From the NCBI GenBank assembly GCA_030141605.1, contig JAQGDQ010000016.1, positions 188,282-252,281 of the forward strand: a stretch of 64,000 nt of DNA, given 5' to 3'. The notes beneath the pieces were generated by a model. The model did not search any database. It saw only the letters and a program-made list of their open reading frames with translations, and had not been told where the DNA came from. This stretch comes from Tubiluchus corallicola. Taxonomy: Eukaryota > Animalia > Priapulida. Below, in pieces: positions 1 to 13,800 of this stretch. The first letter of the stretch is position 1. Each line of letters starts with the position of its first letter. The translations under genes and the position numbers were made by a program.

Positions 1-509
1 GGGGTGTTGCAGTGAAAGTCCAAGTTCTTGTTCCTGAAACATATTTACTCTTTCAACATTTATCGTACAGGTAGATAATTTCTGACTCTTTGATAAAACT
101 AAGAAAAATTTAAAGTTTCAGAATAAACTTGAACTGGTCTGTCAGTTTTGAAAAGCTAAGAGCTCTGATACACATTGAAGATAATACGACCGTAATCCCC
201 ATCTTTGAAATTCAGACTTGAAAACGCAGTTGCAGAGTATATCAAGAACCTTGTAGAACTCACAAAGTCACTTGCTGACCTTGAGGTCTCCTACTGACCT
301 CAAATACATAGATCATTCTATATATGACAAGATTTTTTATCATTCATGCTTGCGACACATACAGAGCATCTACTGCATTTTTATCTGGGCTAATTTTCAA
401 TAATTCTTTTTACAGCAATTCTCTTGTTCTTTACCTTTGTATAATTAATAATTTTCACAACCACCTTGAAAATAAATTTTTATGGAACAGATACGATTAT
501 TTTGTTTAC

Positions 510-629
510 CACAGTGTAATTCATCTGAACTGTCACCGCAGTCATCCACACCATCACACAAGACGCTGTAATTTCCTGCTGCTTGAACACATTTACCATT
601 ACTGCATTTAAGTTGTCCTTCGAGACATG
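510..629 (-). CDS. Exon: LDLa 8
   Basis: [39 protein letters not shown]; ttgcag/gtaaac. Confidence 0.9.
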
Positions 630-3600
630 CTGCAAAATGCAGAAAATGGCCAAATGATCGACTAGATTTGTTAGCAAAACTATTACAAGCAATGAAGAAA
701 AGCACAGATTGGGTCAACAACTACCATTACTATGCATTTCATTTTGTTTAGTTGATCTTCCTTTTGCTATCACTTTCAAATTCCAATGTTTGAAAAATGT
801 AGAATTAAAAAAACAAAACATCAGTGTACAAAAACAAGACATAGACCTACTGGTTAATACATTCCACTAACACACAAATGATAATTTCCAAAGTATGACA
901 TTCTGCCAACATTTCAATGAGCTATAATAATAATAATAAAAAATAATAATAAATAATAACAAAAATAACAATAATATTTATTTTGTGTAGTATATATTGT
1001 TTGTCTTTTGTTTGTCTAAATCTATAAACAATACGACAGACAATATTCAAAGATGCTTCACAAGAATTAAGAAGTTCACAAGATTAAACAGTAAGCCTAC
1101 GAAATTATGACAGGTAAATACACAAAAACTCACAGATTCATAAAGATACAAGAATATCATGACAAATAATTTGATCACCTTAAAGGCTGCATGCTATCTT
1201 AAATTAGAATTTGCTAATCCCTTTTTTAAAAAACACTAAGAACGTTGAAAGTTCTCTGATGTGCAAAGGTAGGGTTGGTCCTGCAGCAATAAATTTTTAA
1301 ATAGATTTTTTTGATCTGTCGTATAAGTAAGATGAGATTCATTTTAGAACATTGCTGTCTACACTACACTCTTTGTTCAAAACTTAAAATAATGCTGAAT
1401 GATTAAAAGTGTCAAAAACGGCACTTAAGTCAAGCAAAACAGTGTGTTGATTATCCATTTTTGACAAAATATCTCACTGAATTTTAATATTGTAAGAAGA
1501 CGGACAACTAGAAAGAAGTGAATTCAAAGCAATATGTTTGTGACTACTGTTTTCACAGTTAGTTTTGACAAGAAACAGAAAGTACTTATGGGACCGTGAT
1601 TTTGAAATACTAAATCAAGCCCAACTTTTTTAAAAAGAGATTGTACCAAGGTTCATCTCCAGTCATCCACAAATGGTCCATGCTGCAATGACAAACTAAC
1701 AATTTTGGTTAAAAGCGGCACCAGGCAATCAAGAAATTCAACAAGTTTTCTAAGCATGGGGTCAAGGTGCAAGTAGCATTTGAGGATTGCTTGATAATAC
1801 ACTACATATCATCTAGGGAAATGTCAGCAGATATCAGAATTTTTAACATACTCAATTTGGGACAACCTTACTATTTTGGATAAGAATTTTACAAGGAAAT
1901 CAATGCAGTGACTCTTGATTTTTCTTGTAGATAATCATAATAGTATTCAATAGCTATTATCGGTATCATATAACATACAGGTACTCAAATCCCTGTACGC
2001 AGAAAAATAATGGGATTTTGTATTAGACAAAGCATTGAATAAATGTTTTCACTCATATATTTTCAATATAAAAAATGTAATAGGTGCATTAGAAACACTA
2101 GGTCATCCTCCAGTGTAATAATTTTGGCAACTAGTATAAAATGGTGACAAACAGTTCAAAGGGCATTTAATAATAATGAACACTCAGTGGTTGCATGGGA
2201 CAGTGGAGACAGCAGTATATTTAAAAAAGCTAGATATTACAAAAGACACTGAAGAGGTTGGAGCAATAATGCAGCCTAGATGCAACAAGGACATAGGGGA
2301 TAAAATTAACAGAAAACACCATGGGGCAGGCAAAACAAGGGTATAACTGATTACCTGATTCACATGCTTCAATGAGGATGTAGGTAAATCCTCCTGAAAT
2401 TTCCAAATATGGTTCAGCTGAAGCAGTGGTGTTTATGCTAATCAATTCTGGTGGTTCCAATGGTGTCAGTTTTAAGCTGCTGATGCCGAAGAGTGTGTAG
2501 TCCAAGCGCTTGGCTTCTTTAATTTCAGAAGTTGTTTCTACGACCTATAAAGCAAATCATACCTGCTTGTATCAATTTTTTTATCTTACACTGTAGTTTA
2601 CGATTTGCAATGAAGGCGATTTTCCACATCTGTATTTTACGCAAGAACAAAAATTTGAAAACGATTTTTTCCTAAATTTAAGCAGTTATTTCTTGTCAAA
2701 ATTGAACAGCCTTTCATAACTAAATGCCTGCATTTTTTGAGAGTCACACCCACCTTTGGCAAATCTGTTGCCGTATCAATGTATGGATAATAGTTGCCAT
2801 CATAAGCAAACTCAATCAATACTTTATTATATTCTTCCGTAGCTAAAGCCAAAGAGGTGATATCGCGAGGCTTATCAAAGGACAATTCTACTGCCTCTGC
2901 TCTAATGACAGCCGTTAATCCCAACAAACTGACAGATTTTTCTTCTGATAATGTGTCGCTTTCCAAACGAATGGTACAGTTCTCTGCAAAACAGGTAATC
3001 ACGGTGATTACTTCATGCATTTTGTTCGATAAGTGCAAAAAATGTAATTTCTTGCTATGACTGACTACAATATAACTGTTTGATTTAGCTCGTCACTATA
3101 GAACTATTTGTTCTGCATACCTTGCCAGTTTGCACAATAAGTAATAATGAAACTGTACAAAATAGATTTAAACACTGAATTGAAACAGTTCATTACCTTT
3201 GAAATCGAAGCAACCCTTCAATTGTGACAATGTTAGTGTGGCTTCGGTTTCACCTTGTGCCAAACCAACGGGATACAGTCGAATGATTGACACTAGTCTT
3301 GGTCCAATTTCAATATCACCAACAGCATGCAGCTAATATAAGAAAACAGTAATCATTAATTAAATTATGCAGAACAAAATATTACTGGCATTATTTCTAA
3401 AAACACCAACCATGCATTGAATAGTAAGGTACATAAACTGAATCAAAAGCATTTTATTTAAGTAAAAAACATTTGGCATCAGTCTAAATACCATGGGTGA
3501 CCTATACTTTAACAGCTTGTAGCAGCAATTAACGATAAACCTTAAAAATTCGTCTTGAAATTTTATACCACTTAAATACTGCCTTTTTGCATATAGGACT

Positions 3601-6600
3601 TGCGTCAGCAGTAACGCTGTATAAAACATGTAAATTTAAACTCCCGAGATGATCGTTAGAATCAGCCATTTTGATGATAAATCAGTTGTACTGCAATAAT
3701 ATGAAATATATCGCATACAATATACTTTTGATTTTAATAATCATACATTGCCTCCTCCGTGGTGTCCTTAAAGTAAAAAGTTTCAAAAACTGTTGAAGTA
3801 AGTGACCGTACCTCTGGAAAATTTTTGGGCTTTGGAGTTAGAATAACCTTCACCGCTGAAAGTGTGCCGCCTATAGTAAGCTGTGAAATTTCTCTTAGTT
3901 TCGTTGTGTCATCCTGTAAGTCGATTTCAGCAAAGCAACTTTCAGTCATCATATCGTCCGTGCTGCATGTAAAGCCTCCTAAGAGTGAAAAAAGTTAGTT
4001 GACACAAATTGCCATTGCAACAGAGCTTTAAAATGTAGAAAAAAAGAACATTTGAAAAGTACATTTTTAGCTGACAACTAGTACCAGTCTACTTATTATG
4101 TTGGTAGTTGTGGCAAGACCAAGCTAGTTATCGAATGCAACCCAATAAGTCAAGCCACTGGATCAACAGAGGGTCTTAGCCATGCTTACAATTTACTGAG
4201 AGGATCGACCAAATGGTTATGCAAATGAAACTGCCCAAAAACAAATTTCATGATGGTTACCCATCTGTTTTTTGGAACTAGCTCAACATTTACTAACATC
4301 TGTCACTAAGCACGCAAGTATAAACTATCTCACAATATCATGAATTTGCAATTGTTTCCTTGCCAGTCTGCTTGGGCAGCACAACTAAGTATACTGCAAT
4401 GGTAAAGCTTTCAAAAACACTGAATTGTACACTGCAAAACAGTTTAGTTGAAAAAATACTTCAAAATGACATTATATTGCAAAAGCAGTTAAGAGATCTT
4501 TTACCGATGTGGATGCTGTCGGCTATGTCCGCTCCATCCTGGTCCCTAATAGAGAAAGAAGACGGGACAACTTGCTCCCCAAACGCATCAGTCTCTGTGC
4601 AAAGTTTGACGGAGTCTGGGAAACAACCGTACAGTTCATTTATAACCAAGTTGATTTCTAGTTGATCCTCGCTTGGTCGTGGCCTAATTATGATGTACTT
4701 GGCCCGAACGTCAAACAAATTCACAATGGTTCCAGTTGGAAATGCCTAGATAATTGATAATAGTAATGATATCCCAGAAATATGTGCAAGAAACAGGCAA
4801 GCTGTTAAAGCTGAACAGCGATAAATGAGTTAACTCAATATGTAGTTCTCACAATCTATGATTGTGATATGAAACCTTTCATAATTTGATTTACTAAGAA
4901 ATTACTTAGAAATTAAATACAGCAAGCAGGAAATTTTGATGCCACTATAACATTTAAAAGCTGATGTTCATAAACTCAGAGTCCATTGGCTGTTTTTATG
5001 TTTAGGTGCAGTTCGATATCTTGCAAAAACACTTTCAAAAACTGTAGTGTTTCATGTGCAAAACTGCAAGCGATTGCTCGCAGCTATGCAAATCAACGAT
5101 TCACCAATAAACATGCCTGAACCAGACAACGCATTTCTGGTAAGCTAACCCACCGACTGAGCTGCAAGTGAATATAGAGGAAGTCTGGTGCAATTAAGAG
5201 CAAGAACTTCAGCAGGAATAAGAGGTAAGAGAATGACTGGCATCATCAAAACAATAATATGTACAATCATTATTTAATGAATGATAACGACTAATTTATG
5301 GCAGTTGTAGTATAGGCATAGACAACAGTTACTGAAACATGAACGCATTTTAGCAAAGGCATTGAAAATTTATGAAAGCCAACAAAGCGATCTTTAAAAA
5401 AGGTAAGTTTTGATACAAGTTTAATGTATAAGTATCTAATAAGTTTTTACCACGGGATACTTATTCTCATACCCCTAAACGTATTGGTGCACTAGTATCG
5501 GTCTTCTTCAGACTAATTTCGACCATCGGAGCATCACTAGTCACTTTCAAATGTGAAAGAACAACACCATCATCTTTTGAAGTTTGTATTTGAACCAAGC
5601 ACTCATCATACTCATCGACAACACAAGTCCAACCCATTTCTGGATCACGAGCTTCGGGTACGGTATAGCCATTCCCATCAGTCAGAAAACTGTTTGGTAT
5701 TACCAGATGATTTTCAATGCCATCCATTTTGGTGCAGGAAGGTCTTGGAGTAAACACTAAATGGAAAAACTGGTTCCAGTAATGGATCTCTTTTACTGAT
5801 TTCTTCACTAGTTAAATAGCTATCATTTAATGACAAATTTATATTGTATTATTTTTGCTATAAGCTTATATTTAGTAAATAAAATCACTAGTCTAATAGA
5901 AGATGCTCTCAGGATCTCTTGTCATTAGTTCCAAAATGTCAACAATTCCATATAGTATTAGCCCAGCTGTAACTACCATTATTTCCATACCTGACATTCC
6001 TAGATGCAGGATAGCTGTTATAATTTCATGTTCTTCTCTCGGGCTTCTTATCTGCGGAATTCTTTTACCAAAATATTGTTTCTTTCTTACCTACAACTTC
6101 AATTGTTTCAAGCATAGCAGCAGATATCACTTATCAATAAATAATAATTACGAGTATTGTACCTTTCTGGATACATATGCACAGACATTTTTACTTTTTA
6201 CTGCAGCTGCTTACGATGAGTGACTACTCACATTGTTGGGGCAATTGAAACAAAAGAAGTTAAAACTAAAACTAAAAGTGACAGTCACTCACCTGGAGGT
6301 GTGAAACATCCAAATATCGTCGGGACAGTAAATCTAATCTCTTCCTCACTTGTCGCTCGTTTCTTCCGAAATGGGTACAATTGAATTTCATAAACCTTCT
6401 CGTTTATTAGTAAAACACCTGACGTGACGTGCTAAAAATTTAAAACAACTATATTTGTTAAAAAGTTTATGTGATCTTAGATTTTGTTTTGTAATGTATT
6501 GAAACTTAACGAAAGTTTTGTCACATATAAATTTAATTATTTTTAAGTTGAAACAACAATAAATAACTGTGAGTAACCAGTCAACCTTACTCAGCAACAA

Positions 6601-6952
6601 TGATACACAACTGGCTCAGCCTTAACAAAACAAGCTGACTGCAAAATTCATGCTACTTCTAATTAAAACGACAAATTTAAATTTCTCTTTCACCTCGAAA
6701 AAAGTTGACAACAACGTTAAAATTTGGTTAAATTTGAGCCTCCCAGTAGGCAACCGGTTGGGCTGTAGTGAGTCAATTTCAATTTGTCATCGTGCCACAT
6801 GCAGTAAGATATAAGATATCAGTAAGACAAAACTTTCAAAGTGCAAATTGAAACTAATGTTTATTTGGAATAAATTATATGATATATTCTTGAAACACAT
6901 GCAGTGTGTCGTTATATGCACACACACTCATGCTTGCACACATGCACGCATG

Positions 6953-7051
<99 letters not shown>

Positions 7052-7772
7052 TACTAAAAGCTAATGTCTTGTGAAAATGACTCAGCGGTTAGGAAGCACA
7101 CATAGGGTACATATACATATACTGGCCATTAGCATTCTCAAAGTGATTTTAATGAGCCTTTTCACAGTTTAACTACGTACAGCTGCTGTAGGTCAAAGGT
7201 CATCTGAACCCAGGGCATCTTAGCTACAACTCTCACACGACACTGACACTGTTACTATTACAATAGCATGGGCTGCGGGGCATTGTCAAGTGAACACAAA
7301 TGTGTTATTCAGTTCACATAACCTTTGACCTTTTCACGAACATCGATTGCTGGTACTGGAAAAAGACTTATCGCTACATGTGGCTTCAATGATTGGCTAA
7401 TAATGAAAAATTACTTATTTCTTGTAATAAGCTTGAACTAAATGTCTATACCAGATTTAGTTACTAATGTTTGCTTTGGTAAAGCACTAGTTTTCTCTGA
7501 TGTACCTTAAAGCATATATTTCACATAGTAAAATGGCAAAAATTCACTGGTTTAGTACGTATAGTGTGAACAACGCCGGACATTGAGAAGTCCCCGGGTC
7601 CATTTAAAGTGCTCTATTGACTAGTGCTACATTGTTGATTTAAGATAACCTTGGTATGGTTTGAGCAAAGGAAGTAGTACAGTGCTTACGGTAAGTGTTT
7701 GGCTGCAAAGCTAAGCATGCAGAAAATCAATTTTGCTCAAAGATTTTCCACTAGACTTTCCACAAAGAATCA

Positions 7773-7816
<44 letters not shown>

Positions 7817-10800
7817 TTTTTGTTTTCTACACAACTCTCAAAATGGTATAAGACTCACCCAAATTTCAGTATATTCTCCCTTTTCTAAGCATTCGTCCTC
7901 AACTCCGACTCTTTCCAAGTCCTCAGGAAGACCAAACGCTGCCACACGATCATTCGACGGCAGAGCAAAAGGAAAAGGATTAAGATTTGTGGGATTTTGG
8001 TTTCCCTCTGCTAGGGTTTCAGTTACAGATTCTGATAACGTTGGTCCTTGAGGACCACTTCTGGCAACCTCAAGTCGCACTTTATATTCTGCAACATTGC
8101 CCTGGATCATAACGTGGGACACATACACGGGCTTGCCTCCACAAACGGCGGAAAACCTTACGCTAACAGAACAATCGTCTGAATCTATTTGCTCCTGAGA
8201 ACAGGCATCTCCAGCTTGACCTGCAAGAAAATGTTTGCATGTGCAATTGCTTATCCAAACTTTCTGGAATAATCAGAGTCAGAGAGATAGAAGAAATGGA
8301 TTAACTTTCAACAAATAGCTGTTCATAATAAAACATTATGTTTTTTAAAATATAAATCACGTGTACTATAGATACTATATCACACATATCAGATTCATAA
8401 ATAGAAGGAACATAAAGGTAAAAAAAGATTAGAATAATATGCCACTCGGGACTACTCGTGTTTTTATAAGTTTACGATTATGCAACAAATTATATATCAT
8501 TACTTTTCATAATTATTACATTACTTTTCATAATTATAATATGACAATCTTATGCATCAGTGCAGCAGATTAACAAAAACAATCCGTAATAAATATACAA
8601 AAAGAATAGCTTTTACAGGTAACCAGCCACATTTGAACATAAAATTTATAATTAAATTAATCGCTATAGAGTACACATCAACAAACCAAGTTTAAGGCGA
8701 TCTTCCACATCATTTCCATCCTGATCCCTAATGGCATTGTCAGGTAAAACTTCTTCCATATCCATTGCGTTACCAACAACACACTTGGGTTCTACAGTGA
8801 ACACAAAAATGATGAGCAAATACATTCCACTTAAACAAAAATATGTACACAAAGATTACTTTAAAAATAACAAATTAGTAATTACCAACAAATTTTAGTC
8901 AAATTAGTAAACAAATGGTAATTGAAAACAGCATTGCAGGATTACGGTATATTAGGGAATACAGACTAAAATCCATCCAGTATCGGAGGTAGTGATCTCA
9001 TCGGCAGAGTATAAAATAGCACTGCACAAAAACATTAACTTCTTAAAGTGTTTGGAATAATGGAATAAGCTAGGAATAATGGAAAATACAACTTCAGTGT
9101 AATTCTATGCAGTGATGAAAGCTAGTCTATGACAGTCTTTCGACATACCAAGTAAACTTTTATTACGGTCACTATTATAAGACGAACATCATGAATTTTT
9201 TTATTAAAACAATGATTTTTGTGTCCACAAAATTCCTTTTTATAGCTGTCATATTAAAAACCACACATATATATAGATACAGAAAAACTATGTTTAACTA
9301 AACGTTGATTGGCTATACCTCCAGGTTCTGAAGGTCTGTTAGGCCATGTTTTCGCAGTTGGCAGTATGGATGGTTCAGGTACATATGACTTTGCCTGAGG
9401 GTGAATGCACCCCTTCACCTCCGGAATGGTAAAGACAACCTCAGTTTCACCCTCAGCTAACGCCACTGGATACAGTCTCAATACGCTAATTCTTAAAGGT
9501 CCAACCACAGTCGTTCCTGAACTAATCCGCTGTAAACGCAAGACGTAAACATTCTAAACAAAATGTCACTACAATGGTCTATCTACTACGACACTCAGTC
9601 TTTATCATTTTGAAATAGAAGGGAGTTATTAATTCAAAAATAGTAAAAAAATTAGGATGTTGTAGTGTGATTTAGGTTTTTGTCTTAAACAAACATTATG
9701 AAACTAGAGAGACAAACAGATATAGTACATTGTGTTTTATTAATTAAAATCATAACTGTATCTCTACCATAGTGCTGCCAGAAGACCACCATAAGAGAGA
9801 CAAAATCACTTTAAATAGAATGATGTTTATTGTTTAACTCACTTTCGACATAAGAGTATAAGTGAAATAATCACTCAGCAGCATGTATGTTAACGAAAGT
9901 CATGGGTAGGAAGCTGATATTGGCTAAAGAGAGCAGTCACTACAGAAGTTTATATCAGCTAAAGAAAGCAGTCACTGCAGAAGATTGTATTGGCTAAAGA
10001 GAGTAGTCACTATGGAAGCTTATATGAGCTAAAGAGAACAGTCACTACAGAAGCTTATATCAGCTAAAGAGAGCAATCACCACAGCAGCTTATATCAGCA
10101 AAACAGAGTAATAAAAAAGCAAACAGAACGTGTTATTAACCAGCATCTAGGAGGCCTAGGGGTAAATGACTTAACTCATACTACAAAATAATGGTTAGGG
10201 CATTTTGTTAACAAGTTCTCTCCAGATAAGAACTAATGATTTTTACAAGGAATTATTAGCAATCATGTTGTTTAATAGCTCACCTGCGGATCATGGAAAT
10301 CAGAATGGATGCACAGGCTGCTTGTGAACAAGCCAGCTCCGGTTCCACTGTCGGTTCGGTAGAGAAAGTTAAATTCTGACACGGTCCCCTTAGTGGTGAA
10401 CTGTGACACCAGGGCCGGTTCATTGCAATTGTCTGATAACGTCAACTCGATGAAACACGAATCAGAATCAAGTTCGCTAAGATCACATCGAATGCCTGGG
10501 CCACCTTTAATATGTATTTTTAATAAATATTCATATCTGAATCTGATTAACTTCATGTCTTATCCAATACAATTATCAAAAGAAGCATCTGGTAATTATT
10601 ACTTCTTTCTTAATAGCAATAGAATACAACAATATCTAAAATAAACAAACTTCTGCTACAGAAAAATTTTTTTTACGAGATACCTAACTACATAACTATG
10701 TATATTAAAGATATACATGTAATACAAGTCTTCAAAAACAGACACTTTAAAAAAGAAATTTCATTGCAGCTTCTACATGCCATGCCACATATTTTACCTA

Positions 10801-13800
10801 GCTAAAAGTGAACAGACAAAAAGTCAGTTAATTTGTGTGGGCCAAAAATTGAAGTTAATTAATGGACATACAGAATCTCAGTTTAGTAAGATTTAATGAG
10901 ACAGACTATAGAAAAGATGAAATTTACACAGCTAAATAAAGACCATTTTCAACATTATATTCACAATCTAATCAAAAGGCACTGAAATAGTTTGCTTAAA
11001 AATGCAAATCATAAATGCACAACGAGGAAAACATAGAAAAAATTATGTCTTTATTAGAAGCTGCCTGACCAGATAACTGTGGATCACTATGCTCTTACTC
11101 TTATACTCAAATCTATAAAAGATGGAGATTGATTTTACATTAATCAATTGGACTTCAGCAAAAAATTTCACAGCAACATACCTTTCCTGATAATTCTTCC
11201 CACTGGCTCGCCATCCCCGTTTTTTATGGCATCATTGGGTATGATCATTTCATCATCCATGCCGTTAACTTCATAACATTCTGGTTCTGGAGAACGAGAA
11301 CCAGAAACATATTAAATTTCCGTATTGTCTATACAGATATGCACAATTGCACATGGCAGAAAGTGTACAAAAACACTTTACTGCAAACATGATAAAAAAA
11401 ATCAATAGTCAAGATAAAAATATTTAAACATCAAAATGTGTTCTACAAATGTGTATTATTAATGTGAAATGCTACATATGTTTTTCATATCTCATGTGAA
11501 CCTGGACAATAATAATAATAATAATATAATATGACAGGGAGTATGTAGATGCTATGCATTAAAATTTAATATTTTCATTTTCTTTGACTTTTTTGTTTAT
11601 TTCCACTAAAGTTAGATAGTTAATTATCATCTACACCAGCTCGCCACAACCATCTCCATCATTATTGCTGTTGTCGTTATCATCAACATCATCATCATCA
11701 TCATCAAAATCATCATTATAAATACTGGGCTTATTACGTTAAATTTAATGCTGAACTTGATTATTTTCAACAAAAAACATTAAAATGCAGAAGCTTAAAC
11801 ACATGTATACAAGTTTTTACTATTCACCAAGTGTGTTGCTTATTATTTGTGTACTAGAAAAACAGTGTTTCCACTCGATTTTTCAATAAATCAAAGAAAG
11901 TATACTTTCGAAAAAGCAAAGAAATGCACAATGAAACAATGTTTACTATGTTTATTGCCACAAAAAATCATATCTAAATCTTACCAAATGCTAGTCTGTC
12001 TGCTGGAGGTGCTTTGAAACAACCAGTGATCTCTGGAATTGTAAACCTGGGATCTGTTTCACCATCCTTAAGAGTGAGAGGATATAGTCGCAAAACGACG
12101 ATGGACCTTGGACCAATTCTATTCACACCAGATACAAGTTGCTGCAAAAGACGTGCAAATACCAAATACTTAAAATAAAATTGGTGAGTAAAAAAGTACC
12201 AGGTTTTAGTAGCTGTTTAATTTTGAAATATTCAAGATACAACCATATTGTTGAATTATTCAAGCATACAGCATCCAACAAAACAACAAGAATATCTGCA
12301 ATTAAAAACAAACAAAGAAAGTACTTATGCTAAAAAGTAAATGAAAATCATGTGCTTGAACTAACACTCAAAATAATTGCATTAATTAATTCTCCAGATT
12401 TCTGCCTTTCATGCAACATTTTCAATTATTATGTTCTCTATGTTATCTCTATTCTTATTTGTACAGAAGACTTGTTCAAATTTGAACTTTCAGGCAAGTT
12501 CTCACTACTTATTTAGCTGGCATACTGTTTTGCCGAAATACATAAAAATCACACACACACACTAAAGCTCAAGAAATCAAATTAATTACCGAGAAGTCAG
12601 AGAACTCTCCAGATTCAAAACATTCTTGTCTGGTGATAAAAATGTCACTTGTTTGTCTTTTGACAACAGATTTGCGAGAGCTTCCTGCTTTTGATGCCGA
12701 TGTGCCAGCTTTTCTACCAGCATTGGTTGCTTGTGTCCCAAACTTTTGTCGGACATTAGTAGTTCGTGTTCCACTCTTTGTACCAGCATTAGTTGCTTGT
12801 GTCCCAACCTTTCGTCCCACTTTAGCAGTTTGTGTTCCACTCTTTGTACCAGCATTGGTTGCTTGTGTCCCAAGCTTTTGTCGGACATTAGTAGTTCGTG
12901 TTCCACTCTTTGCACCAGCATTAGTTGCTTGTGTTCCAACCTTTCGTCCGACTTTAGTAGTTTGTGTTCCAGCTTTTGTACCAGCATTGGTTGCTTGTGT
13001 CCCAAACTTTCTTCGGACATTAGTAGTTCGTGTTCCACTCTTTGAACCAGCATTAGTTGCTTGTGTCCCAACCTTTTGTCCCACATTAGTAGTTTGTGTT
13101 CGAACTTTTGCACCAGCATTGGTTGCTTGTGTCCCAAACTTTCGTCGGACATTAGTAGTTCGTGTTCCACTCTTTGAACCAGCATTAGTTGCTTGTGTCC
13201 CAACCTTTTGTCCCACATTAGTAGTTTGTGTTCGAACTTTTGCACCAGCATTGGTTGCTTGTGTCCCAAACTTTCGTCGGACATTAGTAGTTCGGGTTCC
13301 ACTCTTTGAACCAGCATTAGTTGCTTGTGTCCCAACCTTTTGTCGAAGATTAGCAGTCTGTGGTCCAGCCTTTGTTCGTGTATTTGTAGAACTTCTGCCT
13401 GTATTTAACTTCCTTCCAACAACACCAGGCTCTGCAGCTGAAATCTGGGGAGCTTTAACTGTCTGTGCATTCTGATTACGAGATTCTGAAACACTTTCTT
13501 CATTCGGTATTTCATCACCTGTTGTTATTAAAGGTTCTTTACTGCGAGCAATTGGAAAGCCAGCATCCTCCCCAACAGAAGGACTATCAGATCTTAATAT
13601 TGTTACATCGGGTTCGGGACTTATCTCAATGCCAGTTCCCTCAGTACGATCTGGTGTTTTACTTGCACTGTCGGTTGGAGACTCTTTAGCACTTTGCAAA
13701 CTGATCTCTCCACCAGGAGGAAGACTTTGAGGTCTAGGGTTAATGTCCGGTCTAATTTCATTCATAGCAGAAGACTGTCTGATAGGGGAAGTAATTTCGT

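Noticed and set aside
9910-10110. 35-bp repeat as CRISPR or coding sequence
   Set aside because: Head-to-tail degenerate copies without spacers; the period is not a multiple of 3; it is intronic.
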